A DNA stretch of 64,000 bases. It comes from an uncultured Actinomycetota bacterium. GTDB taxonomy: Bacteria; Actinomycetota; Actinomycetes; Propionibacteriales; Nocardioidaceae. This document shows, piece after piece, positions 10,335 to 20,457 of this stretch. Both the position numbers and the translations under genes were made by a program. Below the pieces are notes generated by a model. It made no database searches and was not told where the DNA came from. It saw only the letters and a list, made by a program, of their open reading frames with translations. Numbering within the stretch: the first letter of the stretch is position 1; each line of letters opens with the position of its first letter. The stretch covers positions 142,716 through 206,715 of the forward strand of contig CAVYWU010000007.1 of the NCBI GenBank assembly GCA_963772415.1. The letters are read 5' to 3'.

Positions 10335-11788
10335 CTCTGCATGTGGTCGGGGGAGTCGAGGAGGGCCCCGACGAGACGGACGAAGAGCCACTGGGCGAGC
10401 GCGTGGTCCTTGGTGACCTTCTCGCCCGGGCGGTAGCCGACCGCGGCCACGGCGGCCTTGACCAGGCGCTTGCCGGCGGGCCGGCCGAGGATCTGCCGGG
10501 ACAGGTGGTCGATCCAGGCGTCGAGCCTGATCTCCTTCTCGGGCAGGAACTTCTCGGGCTTCTTGTAGCGGGCGTCCTTGGTCGGCCACCAGCCGGCGGT
10601 GAGGTTCCAGTGCAGCCGGAACGAGCTGAGCATCCGGGTGGGGGAGGACCACATCGCGTTGCCGTAGGGCGACCCGTCGGGACGCGGCCAGTGGTACACG
10701 AGCGTGCTCTGCGGCACCCACACCGCTGCCCGTGCGAACGAGTCGGACGCGGTCGGCCTGCGCACGGTGATGCCGAGGGCTCGCACCGTCGCGACGAAGT
10801 CCTCGACAGGTGTGCGCACGATCCGGCCCTTCGACCTCTTGAACTCAGGGTGCGCCACGAGGGCCCGCAGGGTCGCCTTGATGTCGGTGCCCGAGGCCCG
10901 GAACACCTTGGCGAGGTCGTTGACCACGCGGTTGGACGGGTTGTCCGAGACGTAGTGCAACGCCAGCTTGCGGGCGATGTTGTGGGCCGTCGCGGGGTGG
11001 TTGGCCAGGTAGCGGAGGTAGTCGCGGGTCATCGCCCGGCCGTCCTCGGAATCGTTCCTGGCGGTGAATCCGAGCACCTGCACCCGACCGGTGGTGTGCT
11101 TCTCCGGGTCGTAGGAGTCCTTCCAGGACTTGAAGGCGTCCACGGTGAAGCCGGAGAGGATCCGGGCGGAGTCCTTGACCATCTCCTCGGTGTAGCCCGA
11201 CGCCCGACCGACGGTGTGGAGCTCGAGCAGCTCGCGCCCGTGGTTCTCGTTGGGGAAGCCGCGCACCGAGCGCCAGTTGTCCAAGAAGAGCAGCATCGCC
11301 GGGTGCAGGGTCGCCTCGACCAGCATGTCCTCGAAGGTGCCCAGCGCGTGCTTGCGGATCACCCGGTCGTAGGACTCCCGGTGCACCCAGCCCAGGTCCG
11401 AGTTCGCGTGCACGTGCAGGTGGTTGGACCAGAAGTCGACGACGTTCTCCAGAACCTGCCGCTCGGAGTGGATCCGGCGCATCATCGTGGAGTTGGCCAG
11501 GTCGACGGCGTACTCCCAGCCGCCTTTCCTTCCGCTCGTCTGGTTGGTCCACTTCGTGGTCGGTGCATCCCGCAGCTGCGGGTACCACGACCGGAGCTGC
11601 CGGGCGGTCCTGGACTCCTTGACCTTGCCGGGCTTGAGCTGGCTCTCGAACCACTCCTCGGCCGAGCCGGCCCTGCGCATCGCCTTGAAGGTGCTGCGGG
11701 AGTAGCCACAGCCCATCCGGTTCATCATGTGTCGTTGGGATGGGGTCGGCACCTTGGTGTCCGGATACGTCCTGCCCTTGCCTGCCAC
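10331..11788 (-). CDS. DUF1800-family protein
   Basis: FWSNHLHV, HPAMLLFLDN, NENHGRELLELHTVG; typical partner of DUF1501. Confidence 0.85.
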   Translation of the reverse strand: MAGKGRTYPDTKVPTPSQRHMMNRMGCGYSRSTFKAMRRAGSAEEWFESQLKPGKVKESRTARQLRSWYPQLRDAPTTKWTNQTSGRKGGWEYAVDLANSTMMRRIHSERQVLENVVDFWSNHLHVHANSDLGWVHRESYDRVIRKHALGTFEDMLVEATLHPAMLLFLDNWRSVRGFPNENHGRELLELHTVGRASGYTEEMVKDSARILSGFTVDAFKSWKDSYDPEKHTTGRVQVLGFTARNDSEDGRAMTRDYLRYLANHPATAHNIARKLALHYVSDNPSNRVVNDLAKVFRASGTDIKATLRALVAHPEFKRSKGRIVRTPVEDFVATVRALGITVRRPTASDSFARAAVWVPQSTLVYHWPRPDGSPYGNAMWSSPTRMLSSFRLHWNLTAGWWPTKDARYKKPEKFLPEKEIRLDAWIDHLSRQILGRPAGKRLVKAAVAAVGYRPGEKVTKDHALAQWLFVRLVGALLDSPDHMQR

Positions 11789-11855
11789 GGCGTCATTATC
11801 GGCACGTGGGGACCCGGTCTGGAGGGGTTGGCCGCGACTGTCTCGCGGTACGGCG

Positions 11856-13029
11856 TCAGCGCAGCGCGATCTCGAGGATCCGGTCGTCCTGCGGGGCCGG
11901 GTCGCCGCGGCCGTCGCGGTTGGACGTGGTCAGCCAGAGGTTGCCGTCGGGGGCGACCACCACGGTGCGCATGCGGCCGTAGCCGCCGACGAACCAGTCG
12001 CGCGGCTTGCCGGTGCCCTCCTCGGTGACCGGCACCTGCCAGAGCCGTTGGCCGCGCAGCGACGCCATCCAGAGCGAGCCCTCGTGGAAGGCCAGCCCCG
12101 ACGGGGACGCCTCCGAGGTCCGCCACTGCACGAACGGGTCGCGGTAGTCGCTCTGGCCGGGTGCCTTGCCCTCGTGGATCGGCCAGCCGTAGTTGCGGCC
12201 CTCGTCGATGCGGTTGAGCTCGTCCCAGGTGTTGGCGCCGAACTCGCTGGCCCAGAGCGCACCGGCGTCGTCGAACGCGAGGCCCTGGACGTTGCGGTGA
12301 CCCATCGTCCACACGGGTGACCCGTCGACCGGGTTGCCGGGCGCCGGTTCGCCGTCGGGGGTGATCCGCAGGATCTTGCCGGCGAGCGAGTCGCGGTCCT
12401 GGGCGAGCTGCTCCTCGCCGATCTCGCCGGTGGAGACGAACAGGTTGCCGTCCTCGGCGAAGAGCAACCTCCCCCCGTCGTGGATGAAGCCGTTGGGGAT
12501 GCCGGTCAGCACGGGCTCGGGGGCGCCGAGTCGGCGGCCGTCGTACTCCATCCGCACGACGCGGTTGTCCCCGCTGGTGGTGACGTAGGCGTAGACCAGG
12601 GAGTCCTCGGCGTACGTCGGCGACGCGGCCAGTCCCAGGACGCCGGCCTCGCCCTGGGGGAGGCGATGTCGAGGCGGCCGACCTCGCGCGGCCTACCGCC
12701 GCCGGCCGGGATGGCGAGGATGCGGGTGGTGTCGCGCTCGCCGACCAGGGCGGAGTCGTCGGGCAGGAAGGTGATGCCCCACGGCGCCTGCAGGCCCCTG
12801 GCGACGGTGCCGACGACGCGCGGACGGGCCGGTCCGTCGGACTCCTCGACCTCGGCGGGGGAGCCGGTCTCGCCCTCGGGTGCGGGTTCGCCGGTCTGGG
12901 TGCTCGGCTGGGGAACGGGCTCCTGGGTGCCCAGGCCGGTGGGGTCTCCGTCGGCTGCCCGCAAGCGGCCACCAGCAGCAGGGTCAGCGAGGCCACCGGG
13001 GCGGCGAGGACACGTCTCACCCGGACCAC
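11856..13029 (-). CDS. PQQ-dependent sugar (glucose/sorbosone) dehydrogenase lipoprotein, frameshifted
   Basis: Lipobox LVAAC; APWGITFLPD; HDGGRL, GKILRI, GHRNVQGLAF, GRNYGWP spread over three frames. Confidence 0.8.
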
Positions 13030-13069
13030 GGTAGCCAGCCACCCCCCAGCCGATCCTTGCGTCGCAGCC

Positions 13070-14005
13070 TCAGCCGGTGCGGCTCACCAGCGCCAGGAGC
13101 TCGTCGTGCACCGGTGTGGGGTGCTCGAGAGGGAGGAAGTGCGAGCCCCGGAGCACCCGGTAGGCGGCGTCGGGGACGCGCTCGGCGGCGGTGCGCATGT
13201 CGTGGGCGGAGGCGAGCAGGTCGTGGCGCCCGGCGACGAAGCTGGTCGGCACCCGGACCGAGCGCAGCGACACCCGGGGGTGGGCGGCCGCGGCGCGGGT
13301 CAGGTGCATGTACCACTCGACCGGCGTGGTGAGGAACTCCGAGACCGCGCGGCGTACGTCGGCGGTGTCACCCTCGACCGGGAGCATGAAGCCGCTGTGG
13401 GTCAACAGCTGGGCCGACAACCGGCCCATCGGCAGCCGCGAGGTCAGTGGCGTGAGGGCCGGACCGAGCCGGCGCATCGTGTCTGCCACCCCGAGCGCGA
13501 TCGGGCGCCGCAGCGGCCGGGGCAGCATCAGCGGTGCGCCCATCGAGGAGAAGGTCCCGCCCGGCACCCCGGCCAGGGCGAAGAGCCCACTGACCTTGTC
13601 GGGGTGCACGCTGGCGAGCTCGAAGGCGGTGTTGACCCCGATCGACCAGCCGGCGACCACGCAGCGCGAGATGCCGGCGTCGTCGAGGACGGCGAGTGCG
13701 TCCTCGACGAAGGCCTCGACGCCCACCCGGTCCGGGTCGGCGGGGCGGTCCGAGCCACCGACGCCGCGATGGTTCCAGGACACGACGCGGACACCGCAGT
13801 CGCGCCTCAGCAGGGCCGGCCAGGCGTAGGCGTTGGTGCCGAGCCCGTTGCAGAGGAGGACGGTCGGGCCTTCGGCGTCGTTGGTCCAGGCGCGCAAGCG
13901 GGTGCCGTCGGCGCTGGTCACGTCGTAGAAGCGCAGCGACCGCCCGGAGGCGTCCGGCCCGGCACCGGGACGGGTGTCGGCGCCGCCGTCGGCCAGGGAG
14001 GACAT
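13070..14005 (-). CDS. Alpha/beta hydrolase
   Basis: CNGLG oxyanion region, GWSIG nucleophile elbow, GSHFLPLE. Confidence 0.85.
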   Translation of the reverse strand: MSSLADGGADTRPGAGPDASGRSLRFYDVTSADGTRLRAWTNDAEGPTVLLCNGLGTNAYAWPALLRRDCGVRVVSWNHRGVGGSDRPADPDRVGVEAFVEDALAVLDDAGISRCVVAGWSIGVNTAFELASVHPDKVSGLFALAGVPGGTFSSMGAPLMLPRPLRRPIALGVADTMRRLGPALTPLTSRLPMGRLSAQLLTHSGFMLPVEGDTADVRRAVSEFLTTPVEWYMHLTRAAAAHPRVSLRSVRVPTSFVAGRHDLLASAHDMRTAAERVPDAAYRVLRGSHFLPLEHPTPVHDELLALVSRTG

Positions 14006-14050
14006 GGCCGGAATCCTGCCCTACGCCGTCGCGGGGCCCGCAGGCCCGGG

Positions 14051-14269
14051 TCAGCCGGCGCGCTCGACCGTCCCGAGCCGTTCGGCGCGGGCGCGCAGGT
14101 GGCCGTCGAGGAACTCCTCCACCTCGAGACGCTCGATCCGGCCCTGCGCCAGGGCGGTGCTGGCGAGCATCGCATTGCGCAGCGCCACCTCCTGGCTGTG
14201 CAGGGGCCAACGGGTTGCTTGCCGGGTGGCGCGACGGGTCGCCGTCCTGACGTGCTGCGTGATCGACAT
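14051..14269 (-). CDS. Small hypothetical protein (72 aa)
   Basis: ATG 14269 with GGAGG RBS; MSITQHVRT..SQEVALRNAMLASTALAQ..EVEEFL. Confidence 0.6.
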   Translation of the reverse strand: MSITQHVRTATRRATRQATRWPLHSQEVALRNAMLASTALAQGRIERLEVEEFLDGHLRARAERLGTVERAG

Positions 14270-14392
14270 ACGGCCTCCCGGAAGTTCACCTGCTGGTGGC
14301 CCGAACCTAGGGGCGGCATGCTTCCGCGCCGTCAACGTCGTGTGACGGGCAGGTGAACTCACCCGCGCGGCCCGCTCGGTAGCCTCGGCCGC

Positions 14393-15314
14393 GTGACCGA
14401 CCCTCTCGTGTGGCTGCCCTTCGACCCCGACCTGCTCGGCGACCCGCCGCAGGGGCTGCGCTACGAGGTGGTGGTGCCACGAACAAGGGGAGTCTCCTCC
14501 GGCTTCGATCGGCGAGGTCGCGTTCTACGTGCCGCCGTACCGATTCTCGCCCTCGGACAGCGCCCTGGTCGAGAAGATGAGCAACCTCCAGGTCGTGCAG
14601 ACGATGACAGCCGGTGTCGAGCACATCCGTCCGCACGTGCCCGACGGCGTGCTGCTGTGCAACGGGCGCGGCATCCACGACGCGTCGACCGCCGAGCTGG
14701 CGATGACGTTGGTGCTGGCTTCGCTGCGGGGCGTCCCCGGCTTCGTGCGCGCCCAGGACAGCCAGGTCTGGGCGCCGGCGACGAGGCCGGCCCTGGCGGA
14801 CTCGACCGTGCTGATCCTGGGGTACGGCGCCATCGGGCAGGCGCTCGAGCGACGCCTCGACGGCTTCGAGGTCGACGTCGTGCGCGTCGCCCGCTCGGCC
14901 CGGGAGGGGGTGCACGCCTTCGACGAGCTGCCCGCGCTGCTGCCCGAGGCCGACGTGGTGGTGCTGATCGTGCCGCTGACCGACGAGACCCGGGGCCTGG
15001 TGGACGCGGGGTTCCTGGACCGGATGAAGGACGGCGCGCTGCTGGTCAACGTCGCGCGCGGCGCCGTCGTCGACTCCGACGCCCTGGTCTCCGCTCTCGG
15101 CACCGGTCGGATCTCGGCGGCCCTCGACGTCACCGACCCGGAGCCGCTGCCCGAGGACCACCCGCTGTGGGGCTGTCCCAACCTGCTCCTGGTGCCGCAC
15201 GTCGGCGGGGACAGCACGGCGATGGAGCCCCGCGCGCACGCCCTGGTGCGAGCCCAGCTCGCCCGGTTCGCCGCCGGTGAGCCGCTGGAGAACGTGATGT
15301 CGGGGGCGTACTGA
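14393..15314 (+). CDS. D-2-hydroxyacid dehydrogenase, frameshift near 14490-14520
   Basis: ILGYGAIG, LVNVARGAVVD, ALDVTDPEPLP, PHVGG. Confidence 0.85.
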
Positions 15315-15318
15315 CCTC

Positions 15319-15414
15319 GTGGGCAATTACCACGTTCACGTGGGAATTGCCCGGTTACCGCAGGGAACTTCCTGCGGGAAGCGGAGGATCACCACGGGAA
15401 CGTGGTAATCGCCC
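15319..15414. repeat. Palindromic intergenic repeat, family A copy 1
   Basis: GGGCAATTACCACG-TTCA-CGTGGGAATTGCCC, then CCGCAGGGAACTTCCTGCGG, then a second ACCACGGGAACGTGGTAATCGCCC. Confidence 0.7.
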
Positions 15415-15432
15415 AGCCCGCCACGATCCCGG

Positions 15433-15984
15433 TCAGCCCTCGTCGAGCCGGATGAGCAGCTTCTCGACGATGGCCCGCTCGCCGTCGAAGTACTCCAGTC
15501 CCCAGTCGGCGACCAGGGAGGGGTAGCGGAACGCCTCGCCGGGGCCGTCGGCGCCGCGCAGCGACTCGCGCACCGTGTCGAGCTCCGCACGCCGCGCCGC
15601 CAGGGCGGCGAGGTGCTCGTGCAGCAGGGCCTTGGTGTGCTCGGGATCGACGAGGTGGCCGATCAGCAGGCGCAGGGCGACCGGGTGCTTGAGCACCGGG
15701 AAGTCGGCGGGTGCCTCCTCCAGCCAGCGGGTCAGTCGTGCGCGGCCCTGGGTCGTGATCCGGTACTTCGAGGAGCGCTGGTTGGGACCGGCCTCCCGGG
15801 CCCTCACCAGACCGTGCGAGCGCAGCCGCTCCAGCTCGGTGTAGACCTGGCTCATCGCCGGTGAGACCCAGTAGAACCGCAGCGTCGAGTCGGCTCGCTG
15901 CTTGAGCTCGTAGCCGGTCAGGTCGTCGCCGAAGGTGAGCAGCCCCAGCAGGGCGTACGACGTGGTCGGCAGCTCTTGACTCAT
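15433..15984 (-). CDS. PadR-family transcriptional regulator
   Basis: YALLGLL..LTGYELK..FYWVSPAMSQVYTELERL..YRITTQGR. Confidence 0.88.
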   Translation of the reverse strand: MSQELPTTSYALLGLLTFGDDLTGYELKQRADSTLRFYWVSPAMSQVYTELERLRSHGLVRAREAGPNQRSSKYRITTQGRARLTRWLEEAPADFPVLKHPVALRLLIGHLVDPEHTKALLHEHLAALAARRAELDTVRESLRGADGPGEAFRYPSLVADWGLEYFDGERAIVEKLLIRLDEG

Positions 15985-16000
15985 GGTGTCCCCAGAGTAG

Positions 16001-16017
16001 TGTTCCTGACTGGAACA
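16001..16017. promoter_or_regulatory. Putative PadR operator
   Basis: TGTTCC-N5-GGAACA between divergent padR and BNR genes. Confidence 0.45.
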
Positions 16018-16047
16018 TTCACCTGTTCGAGAGCCTGGGGAGGCGTC

Positions 16048-17130
16048 GTGGGTCAGACCGTCGTGATGATCGGGACACGCAAGGGGTTGTGGCTGGCGCG
16101 CAGCGACGATCGCAGCTCGTGGGACCTGCAGGGGCCGATCTTCGACATGGAGGACGTCTACTCCTGCTGCGTCGACACCCGCGGTGACGCCGTACGCCTG
16201 TTCGCCGCGCCGGCCTCGAGCTGGACCGGGCCCAAGGTGATGCACTCCGACGACCTCGGCGCGACCTGGCAGGAGGGCAAGATCGCCTTCCCCGAGGACA
16301 CCGGCACGTCGCTCGAGCGCGTCTGGCAGATCACCCCCGGCATCGACGAGACCACCCTCTGGGCCGGCACCGAGCCGGGCGCGGTGTTCCGCTCCGACGA
16401 CCGCGGCGAGAGCTTCGACCTGGTCCGCGGCCTGTGGGACCACCCGCACCGCACGGAGTGGGGCGCCGGGTACGGCGGTCAGGCCTTCCACACGATCGTG
16501 CCGCACCCGAGCGACGCCGACGCGATCACGTGCGCGATCTCCTCCGGCGGTGTCTACGCGACCACCGACGGCGGCGTCACCTGGCGCCCGCAGAACACCG
16601 GTGTCAAGGCCGAGTTCCTCCCCGAGGGGAGCCAGTACCCGGAGTTCGGCCAGTGCGTGCACAAGATCGCCCGGCACCCCGCCCGCCCGGACCGGATGTT
16701 CATGCAGAACCACGGCGGCGTCTACCGCTCCGACGACGGCGGCGTCACCTGGGACTCCATCGAGAAGGGGCTGCCGGCCAACTTCGGGTTCCCGGTCGTC
16801 GTGCACCCGCACGACCCCGACACCGTCTACCTCTTCCCCCTCGACGGCAGCGCCGGTCGCTACCCGGTCGACGGGGCGGCGAGGGTGTGGCGCAGCAAGG
16901 ACGCCGGCGACACCTGGGAGGCGCTCGACAAGGGCCTCCCCGAGAGCTTCTACGTCGGCGTCATGCGCGACGCGATGTGCGCTGACGAGGGTGTCGACGG
17001 GGGTCCCGTCGGGCTCTACTTCGGTGCCCGCAACGGCAGCGTGTGGGCCTCGAGTGACGAGGGCGAGTCCTGGCAGGAGATCGTGGCCAACCTCCCCGAC
17101 GTGATGGCCGTCCGCGCCGCGACGCTCTGA
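16048..17130 (+). CDS. BNR/Asp-box beta-propeller protein (sialidase-like)
   Basis: Multiple SxDxGxTW boxes; IGTRKGLW; QCVHKIA; QNHGGVYRSDD. Confidence 0.85.
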   Translation: MGQTVVMIGTRKGLWLARSDDRSSWDLQGPIFDMEDVYSCCVDTRGDAVRLFAAPASSWTGPKVMHSDDLGATWQEGKIAFPEDTGTSLERVWQITPGIDETTLWAGTEPGAVFRSDDRGESFDLVRGLWDHPHRTEWGAGYGGQAFHTIVPHPSDADAITCAISSGGVYATTDGGVTWRPQNTGVKAEFLPEGSQYPEFGQCVHKIARHPARPDRMFMQNHGGVYRSDDGGVTWDSIEKGLPANFGFPVVVHPHDPDTVYLFPLDGSAGRYPVDGAARVWRSKDAGDTWEALDKGLPESFYVGVMRDAMCADEGVDGGPVGLYFGARNGSVWASSDEGESWQEIVANLPDVMAVRAATL

Positions 17131-17165
17131 CCCACCTCCGCGTCGTACGGCGTTAGGCTCACCGC

Positions 17166-18848
17166 ATGCCTGACGCTCCCGACATCAAGCCCCGCAGCCG
17201 CGACGTCACCGACGGCCTGGAGAAGGCCGCCGCACGTGGCATGCTGCGCGCGGTCGGGATGGGCGACGACGACTGGGAGAAGCCCCAGATCGGGGTGGCT
17301 TCGTCGTGGAACGAGATCACCCCGTGCAACCTCTCGCTCGACCGGCTCGCGAAGGCCGTGAAGAACGGCGTGCACGCGGCCGGCGGCTACCCGCTGGAGT
17401 TCGGCACCATCTCGGTCTCCGACGGGATCTCGATGGGCCACGAGGGGATGCACTTCTCGCTGGTCTCGCGCGAGGTCATCGCCGACTCGGTCGAGACCGT
17501 GATGATGGCCGAACGGCTCGACGGCTCGGTGCTGCTCGCCGGCTGCGACAAGTCCCTGCCCGGCATGATGATGGCCGCCGCCCGGCTCGACCTGTCCTCG
17601 GTCTTCCTGTACGCCGGCTCGATCATGCCGGGCCAGGTCGACGGCAACGACGTCACGATCATCGACGCCTTCGAGGCTGTCGGCGCCTGTCTCGCCGGCA
17701 AGATCACCCGCGAGGAGGTCGACCGGGTCGAGCGCGCGATCTGCCCGGGCGAGGGTGCCTGCGGCGGCATGTACACCGCCAACACCATGGCAGCCGTCGG
17801 CGAGGCGATCGGCATGTCGTTGCCGGGCAGCGCGGCCCCGCCGGCCGTCGACCGGCGCCGCGACGGCTTCGCGCACCGCTCCGGCGAGGCCGTGGTCAAC
17901 CTGCTCAGGCAGGGCATCACCGCCCGCCAGATCATGACGCGCGAGGCGTTCGAGAACGCGATCACCGTCGTGATGGCCCTCGGCGGCTCCACCAACGCCG
18001 TGCTCCACCTGCTCGCGATGGCGCGCGAGGCCGAGGTGCCGCTGACCATCGACGACTTCAACCGCATCGGCGACAAGGTGCCCCATCTCGGCGACCTCAA
18101 GCCGTTCGGCAAGTACGTCATGTACGACGTCGACAAGGTCGGCGGCATCCCGATGGTGATGCGGGCGCTCCTCGAGGAGGGCCTGCTGCACGGCGACACC
18201 CTCACCGTCACCGGCAGGACGATGCGGGAGAACCTCGACGCGATCGCGCCGCCGCCCGTCGACGGTTCGGTGATCCGCACCTTCGCCGAGCCGATCCACA
18301 AGTCCGGCGGCCTGACCATCCTCAAGGGATCGTTGGCGCCCGAGGGTGCGGTGGTGAAGTCGGCCGGCTTCGACGAGGACGTCTTCGAGGGCACCGCCCG
18401 CGTCTTCGACGGCGAGCGCAAGGCCATGGACGCCCTCGCCGACGCGACCATCGTCGCGGGCGACGTGGTGGTGATCCGCTACGAGGGTCCCAAGGGCGGG
18501 CCCGGGATGCGCGAGATGCTCGCGATCACCGGGGCGATCAAGGGCGCGGGGCTCGGCAAGGACGTGCTGCTGCTCACCGACGGCCGGTTCAGCGGCGGTA
18601 CGACGGGGCTGTGCGTCGGTCACGTCGCGCCCGAGGCCGCCGACGGAGGCCCGATCGCCTTCGTCCGCGACGGTGACCGGATCCGGCTCGACGTCGCCAA
18701 CCGGACGCTCGAGGTGCTCGTCGACGCCGAGGAGCTCGACGCACGCGGTGAGGGCTGGGAGCCGTTGCCGCCGAAGTACACCCGCGGTGTGCTCGGCAAG
18801 TACGCCAAGGTGGTGCAGTCCGCCGCCCACGGCGCGGTCTGCGGCTGA
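17166..18848 (+). CDS. ilvD: Dihydroxy-acid dehydratase
   Basis: [39 protein letters not shown]. Confidence 0.97.
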   Translation: MPDAPDIKPRSRDVTDGLEKAAARGMLRAVGMGDDDWEKPQIGVASSWNEITPCNLSLDRLAKAVKNGVHAAGGYPLEFGTISVSDGISMGHEGMHFSLVSREVIADSVETVMMAERLDGSVLLAGCDKSLPGMMMAAARLDLSSVFLYAGSIMPGQVDGNDVTIIDAFEAVGACLAGKITREEVDRVERAICPGEGACGGMYTANTMAAVGEAIGMSLPGSAAPPAVDRRRDGFAHRSGEAVVNLLRQGITARQIMTREAFENAITVVMALGGSTNAVLHLLAMAREAEVPLTIDDFNRIGDKVPHLGDLKPFGKYVMYDVDKVGGIPMVMRALLEEGLLHGDTLTVTGRTMRENLDAIAPPPVDGSVIRTFAEPIHKSGGLTILKGSLAPEGAVVKSAGFDEDVFEGTARVFDGERKAMDALADATIVAGDVVVIRYEGPKGGPGMREMLAITGAIKGAGLGKDVLLLTDGRFSGGTTGLCVGHVAPEAADGGPIAFVRDGDRIRLDVANRTLEVLVDAEELDARGEGWEPLPPKYTRGVLGKYAKVVQSAAHGAVCG

Positions 18849-18854
18849 CCCCGG

Positions 18855-19090
18855 GACATCACGGCGTCGGGCGTCGCGACGATCGCACACCTGCGCGAGC
18901 CGGGCAACGGTCGGACCACTCGCATGTTCTGCTGCGTCGACCGCTCGCCTCGACGTGATCCAACTGCACGGACGTGGCCGCGGAGCGGCACCTGCTGCCC
19001 GAGCACATGGAGCGCAAAGGCCCGGACGCGGTGGTCGACTACCGGCGGCAGAAGAATCGGGTGAGCATCGACGGGCTGCCGGCCTTCATC
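18855..19090 (+). pseudogene. Pyridoxamine 5'-phosphate oxidase-family (FMN-binding) remnant
   Basis: ITASGVATIAHLREPGNGR..MFC and ERKGPDAVVDYRRQKNRVSIDGLP; no start, middle missing. Confidence 0.6.
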
Positions 19091-19520
19091 GACGACGGTC
19101 TCGAGGACTGACCACCTGGAGCTCCCCGGAGCGCCAGAGCGGGTCGGCGACCTCACAGAGCCGCCGGATCGCGGCGGGCACGGGCATCGACCCCAGCTCG
19201 GCGGCGTGCGCGGCGCCGTACTCCCGCCCGATGGCGTTGTTGTGCTGGTCGACCGCGGTGTCGGCGGGACGGCGGCTGCCCTGCTCGTGGGCCGCACCGA
19301 CGGCGCGGGCCACGTCGGCGCCGTAGCGGGCGGTCAGGCAGGCCTGCCACGAGAAGTGCCGTTGCGCGTTGCGGCGGCCGGGACGCCCTGGCGAGGTCGC
19401 GGCAGCGGTGGTGAGGGCCACCAACGAGACCTGCAGGACGCCCGCGGCCTCGGACACGCTCGCGCCGGCGCCACGGGCCGCCGCGAAGATGCGGGGCGCG
19501 GCGAGGAGGGGGAGCGGCAC
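19086..19520 (-). CDS. DUF6973-like small helical protein
   Basis: NAQRHFSWQA..AAHE..DQHNNAIG motif set. Confidence 0.65.
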   Translation of the reverse strand: MPLPLLAAPRIFAAARGAGASVSEAAGVLQVSLVALTTAAATSPGRPGRRNAQRHFSWQACLTARYGADVARAVGAAHEQGSRRPADTAVDQHNNAIGREYGAAHAAELGSMPVPAAIRRLCEVADPLWRSGELQVVSPRDRRR

Positions 19521-19543
19521 CGCTCCACCCTAAGGTCGTCCTC

Positions 19544-20251
19544 GTGCCCACCCACGACGACCACGGCCTCCCCGTCGGCGACCCGGTGCCGGGGTGGTCG
19601 ACGAGGCAGTGGCCGGTGCCGGGACCGTTCGTCGGCCGGCACTGCTCGGTCGTTCCGCTCTCGGTCGACCACGCAGCCTCGCTCTACCCGACCTGTGCCG
19701 CCCCCGGGTGCGAACACCTCTGGACCTACCTCGCTGACGGACCCTTCCCGGACCGCGAGGACTTCCGGGCTCGGATCGCGAGCATGGTCGCCGATCCGGC
19801 GAGCGTCTCGGTGGCGGTGCTGCTGCCCGACGGCACCCCCGCGGGCCTGGCCAACTACCTGCGGATCGACCCGGCGCAGGGGAGCGTCGAGGTGGGCGGG
19901 ATCCTCTTCGGTACGACGCTGCAGCGCACGGCGGCGGCCACCGAGGCGATGCACCTGATGGCGGCCCACGTCTTCGACGAGCTCGGCTACCGGCGTTACG
20001 AGTGGAAGTGCGACCACCTCAACGCGCCCTCGCGCGCGGCCGCTGTCCGCCTCGGGTTCCGCTACGAGGGCACCTTCCGGCAGGCGGTCGTCTACAAGGG
20101 CCGCAACCGCGACACGGCGTGGTACTCGATCACCGACGGCGAGTGGCCCGCCGTCGCCGCGACGCACCGCCGCTGGTTGGACCCGGCCAACTTCGACGCC
20201 GACGGCAGGCAGCGCTCGTCGTTGCGGGTGCCGGGCCGGGCGGACCGCTGA
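19544..20251 (+). CDS. GNAT (RimJ/RimL-like) acetyltransferase
   Basis: LGYRRYEWKCD..SRAAAVRLGFRYEGTFRQ..KGRNRDTAWYSI. Confidence 0.9.
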   Translation: MPTHDDHGLPVGDPVPGWSTRQWPVPGPFVGRHCSVVPLSVDHAASLYPTCAAPGCEHLWTYLADGPFPDREDFRARIASMVADPASVSVAVLLPDGTPAGLANYLRIDPAQGSVEVGGILFGTTLQRTAAATEAMHLMAAHVFDELGYRRYEWKCDHLNAPSRAAAVRLGFRYEGTFRQAVVYKGRNRDTAWYSITDGEWPAVAATHRRWLDPANFDADGRQRSSLRVPGRADR

Positions 20252-20341
20252 TTGTTCAATGGGCAAGATCAGCGTCCCATATGTTGGGACCGGCGTCAGA
20301 GTCGCTTGACGGGGGAGAGCGGCACCGGAGACGGTAGTCAC

Positions 20342-20383
20342 ATGCGCTCCGCCATTCTCGTACCGACGCGACGCGACGGCTGA
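20342..20383 (+). CDS. ilvB leader peptide [13 protein letters not shown]
   Basis: ATT-CTC-GTA (Ile-Leu-Val) codons; TTGACG-N18-GACGGT promoter-like sequence 6 nt before the ATG. Confidence 0.8.
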   Translation: MRSAILVPTRRDG

Positions 20384-20410
20384 CGGCCACCACCGACACC
20401 GCCGCGTCCA

Positions 20411-20443
20411 CCCCTCGCAGCCCTCCGGGCCGAGGGGTTTTTT
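20411..20443 (+). terminator. ilvB attenuator terminator
   Basis: CCCCTCG...CGAGGGG followed by T6. Confidence 0.85.
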
Positions 20444-20457
20444 GTTGGACGAGCAGA

